From the NCBI GenBank assembly GCA_964249105.1, contig CAXUBB010000001.1, positions 1 to 37,247 on the forward strand: a DNA stretch of 37,247 nt, read 5' to 3'. Below, one piece after another: positions 1-9,407 of the stretch. The position numbers and the translations under genes were made by a program. The notes under the pieces were generated by a model, which was not told the DNA's origin, did no database searches, and saw nothing but the letters and a program-made list of their open reading frames with translations. Every line of letters begins with the position of its first letter. Within the stretch, counting starts at the first letter, position 1. This DNA is from an uncultured Bryobacteraceae bacterium (GTDB taxonomy: Bacteria > Acidobacteriota > Terriglobia > Bryobacterales > Bryobacteraceae).

Positions 1-1064
1 AGAGCGCTCTTCACAATCCGCTGCGCATTGTGGCCATCGGGGGCGGAACTGGATTGTCCACGCTGCTCTCCGGCCTAAAAAAGCACGCGCCGGGCGCGCA
101 GGATCGCCTGGAGCAGGGCCAGCCCAATCTCGAAATTACAGCCGTTGTGACCGTAACCGACGACGGCGGCAGTTCGGGCAGGCTGCGGCGCGACTTCGAT
201 ATCCTTCCTCCGGGCGATATCCGCAATTGCATGACCGCTCTTTCGGAAGACACGGACCTGCTTTCGCACTTGTTTCAGTACCGGTTCGCCAGCGGCCGCG
301 GCTTAAAAGGGCACAGCTTCGGCAATCTGTTTCTGACTGCCATGCACCAGATTACCGGTGATTTTGCCCATGCCGTCAAGCTATCGTCCGAAATTCTCGC
401 CATACGAGGCCGGATCTATCCGGCTACTTCGGCCAACGTCGTTCTGGAAGCAACGCTTGAGGACAACACAACGGTGCGCGGCGAAAGCAAGATCAGCAAG
501 AGCCGCCGACCGATTCGCTCCATACGTTTGCGCCCGAGTCGCTGCAATCCGCTGCCGGAAGTTATTGAGGCCATTGAGAAGGCGGATGTGATCACGCTTG
601 GCCCTGGGTCGCTCTACACGAGCGTCATTCCGAACCTGCTGGTAAATGGGATTGCGGAGGCCATTGAGAAATCCGCGGCTCTGAAAGTTTACTTTGTGAA
701 TTTAATGTGGCAGCCCGGCGAAACTATTAACTTTGCGGCCTCGCACCACTTGCGAGCTCTTAACCAGCACGCGCGGCGTAAGATCGTTGATTGCGTTGTG
801 CTGAACAGCAAAACGATTCCACCGAGCCTTCGGAAGAAATATGCCCGGGCTCATGTTCAGCCGGTCGAAAACGATTTTGACGTTCTCTCCGACATGGGCG
901 TAAAGGTTGTGGCCGCCGATCTGGTAGGAAGCATTGAATTGAAACAAAAAATCCGGCATAGCCCATCGGCTCTCGCCGAAGTTGTGATGGATCTGGCTCA
1001 CCGCTCGCGAGCGCACCAGGTTAGAACTAATGCGCTGACCGCGCAACGAAAAAAGTTGAAATGA
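1..1064 (+). CDS. YvcK/CofD-like (UPF0052, gluconeogenesis factor family) protein, 5'-partial at window edge
   Basis: The frame is open from nt 3 (SALHNPLRIVAIGGGTGLSTLLSGLK...), so the GTG at 30 is probably internal. It has the N-terminal GGGTG loop and the ~340-aa layout typical of the family. The stop TGA at 1062-1064 overlaps the glmU ATG (ATGA). Confidence 0.75.
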   Translation, partial: SALHNPLRIVAIGGGTGLSTLLSGLKKHAPGAQDRLEQGQPNLEITAVVTVTDDGGSSGRLRRDFDILPPGDIRNCMTALSEDTDLLSHLFQYRFASGRGLKGHSFGNLFLTAMHQITGDFAHAVKLSSEILAIRGRIYPATSANVVLEATLEDNTTVRGESKISKSRRPIRSIRLRPSRCNPLPEVIEAIEKADVITLGPGSLYTSVIPNLLVNGIAEAIEKSAALKVYFVNLMWQPGETINFAASHHLRALNQHARRKIVDCVVLNSKTIPPSLRKKYARAHVQPVENDFDVLSDMGVKVVAADLVGSIELKQKIRHSPSALAEVVMDLAHRSRAHQVRTNALTAQRKKLK

Positions 1065-2452
1065 CAGAGAATATACGGGTCGTGATCCTGGCCGCTGGGC
1101 TGGGCACGCGAATGCGGTCGAAAATGGCCAAGGTTTTGCATGAGGCAGGAGGAGATACGCTCCTGAATCACGTTATCCGCGCGGCGTTGCACGTTGCCCC
1201 AGCCGAAAATATCGTGGCGGTGATTGGACATCAAGCCGAACAGGTTCGGGAAAGCGTAAAAGTTCAGGGCATCCGTTTTGCCGAACAGAAAGAGCAAAAA
1301 GGAACCGGACACGCTGTTCTGTGCGCGCGGGAAGCGGTTGGCACGGAAGACGGCAAATTACTGGTTTTGAATGGTGATGGTCCCCTGCTGCGCCCTGGGA
1401 CGCTGCAAGCTCTCCTCCAGACAAGTAGCCGCTCGGAAGGCGGCGGCATTGTTACTACCGAGATAGCCGACCCTACTGGCTACGGCCGTATTGTGCGTGA
1501 TGCGGAGGGCACTGTGGCGGTCATTGTCGAACAAAAGGTAGCCACTCCGGAGCAATTGCAGATCCGTGAAGTGAACCCCGGCGTGTACTGCTTTAATGCG
1601 AGTCTTTTCTGGCAGTATATCGAGCAGATTACGCCGGATAATCCGGCGAATGAATACTACCTCACCGACATGATCGAGATCATGAGAAAACACGGCTATG
1701 CAATATCGCCGCTTCTGGTGAAGGATGAAACCGAACTGCTAGGAATTAACACTCGCGTCGAACTGGCCGTTGCCGATAAGATCCTGCGCGGGCGCAAGAT
1801 CCATGAGCTAATGCTCTCTGGAGTAACGGTACGGAGTCCGGAAACGGTCACCGTTGATGTAGATGTCGAAGTGGGCCAGGATTCTCTCATCGAATCAAAT
1901 GTACAGCTTCGTGGACGGACGAAAGCCGGCGCCAACTGCCGTATCGGTACAGGCTCTATTCTGCGCGACTGCGAGCTTGCCGATGACGTGACGATCTTGC
2001 CGTATGTCGTAGCGGACTTCGCCAAAGTGGGACGCGGCGCTTCAATCGGTCCGTTTTCGCGCCTGCGTCTGAGCGCGGAGGCAGATGAGGATACCCATAT
2101 CGGGAACTTTGTGGAGTTGAAGAAGACAAAGCTTGGTAAGGGTTCTAAGGCCAGTCACCTGGCTTATTTGGGCGATGCCGTGATCGGGCCGGGCGCTAAT
2201 ATCGGCGCTGGAACGATTACGTGCAATTACGACGGCGTGCATAAACACCAAACCACGATTGGCGAGGGAGCCTTTATTGGCAGCAATTCAACGTTGGTCG
2301 CGCCATTGACGGTTTCGGACGGCTCTTACGTAGCTGCCGGTTCTACCATTACCAAGAACGTCGAAGCGGATGCGCTGGCTATTGGACGCGCTTACCAGGT
2401 TGACAAACCGGGCTGGGCCAAGAAGCGCCGCGCTGAAAAGAAAAAGTCGTAA
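1061..2452 (+). CDS. glmU: Bifunctional UDP-N-acetylglucosamine pyrophosphorylase / glucosamine-1-phosphate N-acetyltransferase
   Basis: 463 aa. It has the N-terminal VVILAAGLGTRMRS nucleotidyltransferase motif and C-terminal hexapeptide-repeat beta-helix (IGPGANIGAGTITCNYDG...). Length and architecture match GlmU. Confidence 0.9.
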   Translation: MTENIRVVILAAGLGTRMRSKMAKVLHEAGGDTLLNHVIRAALHVAPAENIVAVIGHQAEQVRESVKVQGIRFAEQKEQKGTGHAVLCAREAVGTEDGKLLVLNGDGPLLRPGTLQALLQTSSRSEGGGIVTTEIADPTGYGRIVRDAEGTVAVIVEQKVATPEQLQIREVNPGVYCFNASLFWQYIEQITPDNPANEYYLTDMIEIMRKHGYAISPLLVKDETELLGINTRVELAVADKILRGRKIHELMLSGVTVRSPETVTVDVDVEVGQDSLIESNVQLRGRTKAGANCRIGTGSILRDCELADDVTILPYVVADFAKVGRGASIGPFSRLRLSAEADEDTHIGNFVELKKTKLGKGSKASHLAYLGDAVIGPGANIGAGTITCNYDGVHKHQTTIGEGAFIGSNSTLVAPLTVSDGSYVAAGSTITKNVEADALAIGRAYQVDKPGWAKKRRAEKKKS

Positions 2453-2477
2453 CCGGTTGTTTTGTTAGCGGCTCCGT

Positions 2478-3359
2478 CTAAAATACCGTGCTTGGGTGGT
2501 AGAGGTTGGGGAGTTTGAGTTCTCCCATGGCGATTAACTCGCCGGACCGGGAAAGCGCCCTCACTGTGGGGGTGCCAGGGGTGATCACAAAGGGCGAGGT
2601 GCGGAAACTACGGCCTTGGCGAATCTGCGTTTCCGTTTGAAGGTTGAAGTGCTCCGCCGGAAGATGCGGCAGCAGGTTCCCCAGCGGAAGAATGGCGTCC
2701 GTTAATTTACCAGTACGCGCCCAGTCGTTAAGCGTGTCCAGGGTCAGCGCGTTTTCCACGCGCATCGCCCCTACAGCTGTACGCCGCAAGGCGCTTAGTA
2801 CCGCTCCACATCCTAAGAAGCGTCCCAGATCGTGTGCAATGCTCCGAATGTAAGTTCCAGCCGTGCAAGTAATTACCAATCGGACCTTTTCGCGGGCAAT
2901 TTGCCGAATTTCCAGCCATTTGACTTCGACTTCGACCGGCTTCAATTCAAATTCAACGTTCTTTCGATGGAGCTTGTAAGCCGGGACACCGCCAATCTTC
3001 TTAGCCGAAACCGGAGGCGGCATTTGCAGAAATTTACCGACAAACTGTCGTAGCGCCAGTTCGACCGTCTGAGAAAGATCAGGAATGGAAACTCCGGTAG
3101 GCGCAACCTGCCCCTCTATGTCGTATGTGTCTGATACCAGGCCCAGCGTGATCTCGGCTTCGTAAGTCTTTTCATCCGCAGCGAAATAAGGCGCCAGGCG
3201 AGTCGCCGTTCCCGTGAGCAGCAGCAGCAAACCGGTCGCCATCGGATCCAGCGTGCCCAGATGTCCGACACGCTTCGTATTCGCCATTTTGCGCCAGCGG
3301 TTCACGATATCGTGGCTGGTACATCCGCCCGGTTTGTCAATCAGAAGAAGACCGTTCAT
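2478..3359 (-). CDS. truB: tRNA pseudouridine(55) synthase
   Basis: MNGLLLIDKPGGCTSHDIV...GHLGTLDPMATGLLLLL carries the catalytic-Asp motif. I place the start at the ATG at 3357-3359 (Met77 of the 369-aa track ORF). The upstream 76 aa are low-quality and overlap the divergent ABC gene. Confidence 0.9.
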   Translation of the reverse strand: MNGLLLIDKPGGCTSHDIVNRWRKMANTKRVGHLGTLDPMATGLLLLLTGTATRLAPYFAADEKTYEAEITLGLVSDTYDIEGQVAPTGVSIPDLSQTVELALRQFVGKFLQMPPPVSAKKIGGVPAYKLHRKNVEFELKPVEVEVKWLEIRQIAREKVRLVITCTAGTYIRSIAHDLGRFLGCGAVLSALRRTAVGAMRVENALTLDTLNDWARTGKLTDAILPLGNLLPHLPAEHFNLQTETQIRQGRSFRTSPFVITPGTPTVRALSRSGELIAMGELKLPNLYHPSTVF

Positions 3360-3392
3360 GGTCAAGGCTAAGCTAGTAAGGAGGCGATCGAT

Positions 3393-5231
3393 TTGGAAGA
3401 AGAAGTACTCGGCAAAGCTTACGATTCGAGCTTGATGCGGCGGCTCCTCACTTACATGAGGCCCTACAAGCTGATCGTCGGCTTCTCTCTCATTCTCCTG
3501 CTGTTCGATTCCCTTCTCCAGATTATCGGGCCGCTTCTCACCAAGATGGCGGTAGACCGTTACCTGGTTCCCACCCACGGACCACAAACATTCACCTGGC
3601 TTAACGGCTGGCTATCGCATGACCCGTGGACGGGCCTCACCCAGTTAGCTGGACTCTATCTAGTAGTCGTGGTTTTCGGATTTATTTTTGATTTCGGCCA
3701 AACCTACCTGATGCAGTGGACAGGTCAACGAGCCATGTATGACTTGCGCCGCCAGCTTATGGCGCATCTGCAAACGCTTGACATTGCCTATTACGACAAA
3801 CATCCCGTTGGACGCTTGATTACGCGCGTTACGACGGATGTTGATGTGCTGAACGATTTATTCGCATCGGGTCTGGTCACAATTGTCGGTGATCTCCTGA
3901 TGCTGTCGTTTGTGCTGATCGCCATGTTCCAGCTCAGTCCGGGCATGACGGGACTCATGCTGGCCGTCATGCCTATTGTCGTGCTGGTTACGGTACAGTT
4001 CCGGCGCACGGCTTCGCAAAGTTACCGCCGCATCCGCATCGCGGTTGCCAAGATCAACGCTTATCTTCAGGAGCACGTTGCCGGTATCGCGGTTTTACAG
4101 TTGTTTAATCGCGAGGCCCGCAGCAAGGAAGAATTCGATAAGGTGAATCGCGACCACATGCTGGCGTTTAAGGATTCGATTACCGCCTATGGCTGGTTCT
4201 ACCCGGTAGTGGAGTTTCTTGGGATGCTGGCGCTTGCGCTGTTGCTGGCTTATGGCGGGTGGCGGATTCGAGGCGGAGCGCTGACCTTAGGCGTCCTGGT
4301 TGCCTTTTTTCAATATGGCTTGCGATTCTTCCGGCCCATCCAGGACTTGAGCGAGAAATACAACATCTTGCAAGGCGCCATGGCCGCTTCCGAGCGCATC
4401 TTCAAATTGCTGGATGTTCAGCCTGCCATCGTCAGTCCTGACCATCCGGCAACCGCTCCGATGGCTAAGCTTGACATCGAATTTGATCACGTCTGGTTTG
4501 CTTATAACGACGAGGATTGGGTATTGCGCGACGTGTCATTCCGGATCGCTCCCGGCGAAACTGTTGCCGTAGTCGGGCACACCGGCGCTGGCAAAACGAC
4601 TCTGACAAGCCTGCTGCTGCGCTTCTATGATGTGCAGCGCGGAGCCATTCGGATCGGCGGCAGGGATGTCCGTCACTTTGAACTGGCGAAACTCCGTCGG
4701 CTCTTCGGCGTCGTTTTGCAGGACCCTTATCTTTTTACTGGAACTCTCGACTCGAACATTCGTCTGGGTACGGAGGCGATCTCCGAGGACGAGGTGCAAC
4801 GCGCGGCAAAGCAAGTAAATCTTCTGGACTTTGTTGAAGAGCTGCCCGATAAATTCGAAACGCCGGTCCGGGAACGCGGCAATGGCTTTTCGACCGGCCA
4901 AAAACAATTGATCAGCTTCGCCCGAGCGCTGGCTCACAATCCGCAGCTCTTAATTTTGGACGAGGCGACGTCCAGCGTGGATACGGAGACCGAACTCAGG
5001 GTACGAGAGGCGCTATCACGTTTAGTATCGAACCGAACCTCCCTGATTATTGCGCACCGCCTCTCCACCATCCAGAACGCTCATCGCATTATCGTCATGC
5101 ACAAGGGGCAATTACGAGAGATCGGCACCCATCAAGAACTATTAGCGAAACGCGGTATTTACTGGAAGCTCTATCAATTGCAGTATAAGGAGCAGGAAAT
5201 TGAGCGCAGGGAAGAACTCGCGCCCCGGTAA
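3393..5231 (+). CDS. ABC exporter, fused transmembrane + ATP-binding protein (type I exporter, MsbA/multidrug-like)
   Basis: 612 aa with an N-terminal 6-TM region. Motifs: Walker A GHTGAGKTT, signature FSTGQKQLISFARAL, Walker B LLILDEATSSVD, H-loop IIAHRLSTI. Starts at TTG, and the GKAYDSSLMRRLLTYMRPYK N-terminus is typical of the family. Confidence 0.85.
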   Translation: MEEEVLGKAYDSSLMRRLLTYMRPYKLIVGFSLILLLFDSLLQIIGPLLTKMAVDRYLVPTHGPQTFTWLNGWLSHDPWTGLTQLAGLYLVVVVFGFIFDFGQTYLMQWTGQRAMYDLRRQLMAHLQTLDIAYYDKHPVGRLITRVTTDVDVLNDLFASGLVTIVGDLLMLSFVLIAMFQLSPGMTGLMLAVMPIVVLVTVQFRRTASQSYRRIRIAVAKINAYLQEHVAGIAVLQLFNREARSKEEFDKVNRDHMLAFKDSITAYGWFYPVVEFLGMLALALLLAYGGWRIRGGALTLGVLVAFFQYGLRFFRPIQDLSEKYNILQGAMAASERIFKLLDVQPAIVSPDHPATAPMAKLDIEFDHVWFAYNDEDWVLRDVSFRIAPGETVAVVGHTGAGKTTLTSLLLRFYDVQRGAIRIGGRDVRHFELAKLRRLFGVVLQDPYLFTGTLDSNIRLGTEAISEDEVQRAAKQVNLLDFVEELPDKFETPVRERGNGFSTGQKQLISFARALAHNPQLLILDEATSSVDTETELRVREALSRLVSNRTSLIIAHRLSTIQNAHRIIVMHKGQLREIGTHQELLAKRGIYWKLYQLQYKEQEIERREELAPR

Positions 5232-6624
5232 CTGCAAGGCAGCGAAACCACCAAACGTTCTGGTTCGCTCGGTTGGCGGCCTAAGAGTACGCTACAAGCT
5301 CGCGATTTTACATAACATTTTCTTTGGAGTTCTCACCGTCTCGGTTTACCTTTCAGTGATTCCGCTTCTATCTGGACATTTGGAGGCCACCAGGGAGCGC
5401 GAGTTTCGCATGTATGCGCAGATGTTCTCCTCAGGTCTCCTCAAGGAATACCAGTCAGAAGCTGATTCCAGCATCTACGAATTGCGAGCGGGGACTGCCG
5501 CCGGTCTACATCTACCGGCCGAGGGCCAAGACTTTCTTCGTCAGCATTCGCAAGCGGTCTGGCGGCAGAACAGCGAATCCTTGTATCGCCTCAGCAAACT
5601 GCCGGATCAATTTATCCGCTTGAGTCTGGCTCCAGAGTTTTATGACGCCACTTTACGCCGCGCCCGCTGGAGCCTCCTAGTGGTTCTCGGAACGATTTAT
5701 CTTCTATCCATCGCGGTTCTTGAGTTCATCGTCATGCCGCAGTATGTGTATCAGCCTCTCACGCTCATGCTGGACGCCGATGCGGCCACCCAGAGCGACG
5801 ACCGCCACCATGAAATGATTGATGAGCGCTTTATCATGAACGATGAAATTGGACAGATTATGCGCTCCCGGAACGCGACCGTTGCTCAGTTGCGGCAACA
5901 AGAAGATCATTTAGCGGGCGCTCTTCAGAAGCTCGAAGAACAAGACCGGCTGGTCAGCCTGGGCCTTCTCAGCACGAGCGTGGCGCATGAATTGAACACT
6001 CCTCTCGCCGTGTTGGGCGGTTCAATTGAAAAACTGATTGAAACGAAACAGGACGCGTTAACGCAAGAACGGCTCGCCCGTATGTTACGGGTAACGCAAC
6101 GACTCAGGAAGATCAGCGAGGGATTGGTCGATTTCGCGCGCGTCCGCAGGGAGGAAGCGGAGAGTATCTCTCTTCGGCCGTTGATCGATGAAAGCTGGAA
6201 CCTGGTTGCCATTGATGAAAAAGCGGCGATGGTGAGCTTTGTTAATAGCGTTAACGCCGAGCACGTTGTGGTGGGTAACGCTGACCGCCTGGTTCAGGTA
6301 TTTGTCAACCTTCTGCGCAACGCGCTGATCGCCGTGACAAACGGAGGTGAAATCCGGGTGGAATCAAAACGCCAGTTCAAAGGCGGCGGCAACTGGATCT
6401 GCTGCGCTATCCTAGACAACGGCCCCGGCATTCCGGCGCATGTGCTAAGCCATGTCTTTGAAGCTTTTGTCACGACACGTCTGGACGCACGCGGCACCGG
6501 TCTGGGCTTGACCGTGGCTGAAGGGATCGTTACGCAACACGGCGGGACCATTACGGCCTCTAATCGCGCGGGCGGCGGCGCGGCTCTTGAAGTAATGCTA
6601 CCCGCAGCGGTCCACTTGCCATGA
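5200..6624 (+). CDS. Membrane-bound sensor histidine kinase (2 TM, ~115-aa periplasmic loop, HisKA + HATPase_c)
   Basis: H-box SVAHELNTPLAVL, N-box NLLRNALIAV, G1 DNGPGIP, G2 GTGLGLTVAEGIV. The TTG start at 5200 is preceded by AAGGAG and is the only in-frame start upstream of TM1. It overlaps the ABC gene by 32 nt. Confidence 0.85.
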   Translation: MSAGKNSRPGNCKAAKPPNVLVRSVGGLRVRYKLAILHNIFFGVLTVSVYLSVIPLLSGHLEATREREFRMYAQMFSSGLLKEYQSEADSSIYELRAGTAAGLHLPAEGQDFLRQHSQAVWRQNSESLYRLSKLPDQFIRLSLAPEFYDATLRRARWSLLVVLGTIYLLSIAVLEFIVMPQYVYQPLTLMLDADAATQSDDRHHEMIDERFIMNDEIGQIMRSRNATVAQLRQQEDHLAGALQKLEEQDRLVSLGLLSTSVAHELNTPLAVLGGSIEKLIETKQDALTQERLARMLRVTQRLRKISEGLVDFARVRREEAESISLRPLIDESWNLVAIDEKAAMVSFVNSVNAEHVVVGNADRLVQVFVNLLRNALIAVTNGGEIRVESKRQFKGGGNWICCAILDNGPGIPAHVLSHVFEAFVTTRLDARGTGLGLTVAEGIVTQHGGTITASNRAGGGAALEVMLPAAVHLP

Positions 6625-7247
6625 CGGAAGAACAGATTGACGCAGGTCTGGTTGACGTTGCCGTCCTTGACGACGATCTTGATTTTCGCAACTACATCGA
6701 GGATCTCCTGCGGGATGAGGGTAAGTATTCCATCCGCTCGTTCGGGCATCCTGATGAGTTGTTCGCTTCGGCTCAGAGTAAAGTGCCGGACATTGTGCTC
6801 CTGGATATGAAAATGGGCACCGCGAGTGGAGAGGCGGTGGTGGAGGAGTTACTCTCTTCCTGGCCGGACCTGTGCATCATTGTAGTGACCGGCTACCCGT
6901 CGCTTGAAAACATGCGAGCGACTTTCAAGCTGCGCGTCTTCGATTATTTAGCAAAGCCCTTCTCGTTAAGTCAACTGCGCCAAACCTTATCGAATGCGAT
7001 CGAGGAGTACGGTTTAGGATTTACGCCGCAAGAACGGCTTCGCAGGCGGCTGGGCCATAGCGTTAAACTGATGCGGGTTCAGCGCGATTGGTCATTGAAG
7101 GATATGGCGGCGGCAACCAAGCTCAGTGTGTCTCAAATCAGTTCCATCGAACGAGGAACCAATCTTCCCAGCATTGAAAGTTTTCTTGCCATCTGCCGCG
7201 CTTTCGATCGCAAGCCGTCAGAGGTACTAGCCGATATCGACTTCTAG
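6621..7247 (+). CDS. Response regulator, REC domain fused to an XRE/Cro-C1-type HTH output domain
   Basis: REC signatures are VLDDDLD, DIVLLDMKM, VVTGYPS and YLAKPF. The C-terminus LMRVQRDWSLKDMAAATKLSVSQISSIERGTNLPSIESFLAICRAF is a classic HTH_XRE. The ATG overlaps the kinase stop (ATGA). Confidence 0.8.
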   Translation: MTEEQIDAGLVDVAVLDDDLDFRNYIEDLLRDEGKYSIRSFGHPDELFASAQSKVPDIVLLDMKMGTASGEAVVEELLSSWPDLCIIVVTGYPSLENMRATFKLRVFDYLAKPFSLSQLRQTLSNAIEEYGLGFTPQERLRRRLGHSVKLMRVQRDWSLKDMAAATKLSVSQISSIERGTNLPSIESFLAICRAFDRKPSEVLADIDF

Positions 7248-7303
7248 CGTCTTGGCATGAGATTGCTTCCGTTCCGGGCCTCTGCCAAACTGTAAATGTC
7301 CGA

Positions 7304-8071
7304 ATGCTCCGAATTTGTGTGTTTCTGTGCCGCTTAGCGACACTACTGCTGGTAACAAGCTTTTTCACTTCAGCCCAGGATTCCCCTAAATCTTCCAAAT
7401 TTCCGTTTCCAGAGAAGCTGACTTATCGAGTGGAATGGCGCTTGGTCACGGCGGGATCAGCAACGGTTGATCTATCGCGGGCAGGGTCGGACACCTGGCA
7501 GACCAACTTGGATATCCAAAGCGCCGGCCTGGTCACACGGCTGTACAAAGTTCTCGACACTTACCGCCTGACGAGCGATTCCAAGTTCTGCGCCTCCCAA
7601 TCGGTTCTGGACGCGCAGGAGGGTAAGCGGCATACCATTACGCAGTTGACTTTTGAAGCAAACCGGCGAGTTGTACGCTACGATGAGCGCGATCTGGTGA
7701 AAAGCTCGAATAACCAGAAAATGCTGGACGTTCCGCCTTGCACGCACGAAATTGTGGGAGCGCTGGCGGCCTTGAGAACGGCCAATGTCGAGCCCGGCAA
7801 GTCAGCGACCTTTCCGATCACTGACGGAAAGAAAGTGGTCAATGCCAAGATCGAGGCGCAAGGGAAGGAAAGCCTTTCTTTGAACGGTAAGACGTACCAA
7901 ACCATTCGGTATGAGGCTTTTCTGTTCGATAACGTGCTCTACAAGCGTAGGGGACGCCTCTTTATCTGGATCAGCGAGGACGCCAGTCGCATTCCGGTAC
8001 AGTTCAAATTGCAGCTTGGCTTCCCGATTGGAAACGTCACCGTCGAGCTGGAAAAGCAGCAAAGATCGTAA
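7304..8071 (+). CDS. Secreted DUF3108-like protein
   Basis: Signal peptide MLRICVFLCRLATLLLVTSFFTSAQ. The LTYRVEWRLVTAGSATV opening and ~250-aa beta-rich body resemble DUF3108 as I remember it. No HMM was run. Confidence 0.55.
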   Translation: MLRICVFLCRLATLLLVTSFFTSAQDSPKSSKFPFPEKLTYRVEWRLVTAGSATVDLSRAGSDTWQTNLDIQSAGLVTRLYKVLDTYRLTSDSKFCASQSVLDAQEGKRHTITQLTFEANRRVVRYDERDLVKSSNNQKMLDVPPCTHEIVGALAALRTANVEPGKSATFPITDGKKVVNAKIEAQGKESLSLNGKTYQTIRYEAFLFDNVLYKRRGRLFIWISEDASRIPVQFKLQLGFPIGNVTVELEKQQRS

Positions 8072-8108
8072 CTGGACCACCCGCAACTTCCGCGCTCCGC
8101 GATGCGTC

Positions 8109-9407
8109 ATGATAGGAAATATGAAGTTCCGTCTCAGCCTGCTCGTGTTGTGCTTTGTTTTTGCCTTGCAGGCGCAGATGCAGATGAATGTTGAGCAGGT
8201 GGCGGATTTCATCCGCTCTGAACTGGCCCTTCGCCAGCATTCCGATAAACAGATTGCCGCTTACATTAAGAAAATTAAATTAAGCGAAAAGCTGACAGAT
8301 AAAACCATTTTGGATCTTCAAGCGCAAGGAGCAGGGCCGAAAACCGTACAGGCCCTGCAAGAATTGCACGACCAAACGGCCAGTCTGAAACCGCCGACGC
8401 ACGATTCTACTTACTCGCCCGCCACGGTTCCGGATGCACCGCTGACAAGCAACGCGGCAACGGCACAGCTATCAGTGAAAGCTGTTCCCATTCCGCCTCC
8501 TGACTCCGTCCGTCAGCAGAAGATACTGGACCAGATGAAGCAGTATGCTCTCTCCTACACTCAGAACCTGCCGAATTTTATCTGTGTTGAAGTGATGCGC
8601 CGTTATCTCGATCCGAACTCCGGGGACCACTATCGGAGCCTTGGTAATATTCTGGCCAAAGTGAGCTACAACCAAGGCCGGGAGAATTATAAGGTCTACT
8701 CGGTAAATGGGCAGTACTCGGAGGTTTCCTTGGAACAAGCCGCATCAACGGGCGGGGCCGTCTCAAATGGCGAGTTCGGGAGCATGATGCGCGAGATTTT
8801 CGAGGATAAGAGAGAGGCCCAGTTTGGCTGGGAGAAATGGACCACCTTACGCGGCCGCCGCATGGCCGTATTCAACTACTTCATTGATAGCAGCCATTCC
8901 GACTACTCGATCGAGTATGGTTCCGGCGCCGCCGAGCAGCACATTATCACCGCCTACAAGGGTTTGGTTTATGCGGACGAGAGCACAGGGGAAATTTCGC
9001 GCATTAAGTTTGTCGCCGTGGACATTCCCCGTAGCTTTCCGGTCAGCGCCGTGACCGAAATCCTTGATTATGACCTGGTGGATATTAACGGTCAGCAGTA
9101 TGTGTGTCCCTTAATGGCCAAGCTTTATATGACGGCGGGCCGCGACAAAACAAAGAACGAGATCGAGTTCCGGAGCTATCGCAAGTTCGGCACGGAAAGC
9201 AATATCACATACGATCTGAATCCCACCGCGCCGCCGCCGGAGCCCCTGCCGCCCAGCAAAACGGAAGAACAGCCGATTACCGCATCCACCGCCGCGTCCG
9301 CAAAACCAGCGCAGGTTGACACGCAAAAAAGCAGCAAACCAGCTTCCGGTTCGAACGCTAATCCTTGGACTTTGCCGAGCGCTCCCCCACCGCCGCCTCC
9401 GCAATAG
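8109..9407 (+). CDS. Secreted protein of unknown function with Pro-rich C-terminal tail
   Basis: The ATG at 8109 (or 8121) gives the signal peptide MIGNMKFRLSLLVLCFVFALQAQ. The C-terminal ~70 aa are low-complexity P/S/A/T-rich and end in PPPPPPQ. The track ORF start at 7911 overlaps the preceding gene and was not used. Confidence 0.6.
   Translation: MIGNMKFRLSLLVLCFVFALQAQMQMNVEQVADFIRSELALRQHSDKQIAAYIKKIKLSEKLTDKTILDLQAQGAGPKTVQALQELHDQTASLKPPTHDSTYSPATVPDAPLTSNAATAQLSVKAVPIPPPDSVRQQKILDQMKQYALSYTQNLPNFICVEVMRRYLDPNSGDHYRSLGNILAKVSYNQGRENYKVYSVNGQYSEVSLEQAASTGGAVSNGEFGSMMREIFEDKREAQFGWEKWTTLRGRRMAVFNYFIDSSHSDYSIEYGSGAAEQHIITAYKGLVYADESTGEISRIKFVAVDIPRSFPVSAVTEILDYDLVDINGQQYVCPLMAKLYMTAGRDKTKNEIEFRSYRKFGTESNITYDLNPTAPPPEPLPPSKTEEQPITASTAASAKPAQVDTQKSSKPASGSNANPWTLPSAPPPPPPQ

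Noticed and set aside
2478-3587. The full 369-aa track ORF as truB
   Set aside because: The first 76 aa have no TruB similarity, are compositionally odd, and overlap the divergent ABC gene. The ATG at 3357-3359 gives the canonical MNGLLLIDKP N-terminus.
7911-8108. N-terminal 66-aa extension of the 498-aa ORF
   Set aside because: It overlaps the DUF3108-like gene in another frame. The Met at 8109 is followed immediately by a clean signal peptide.
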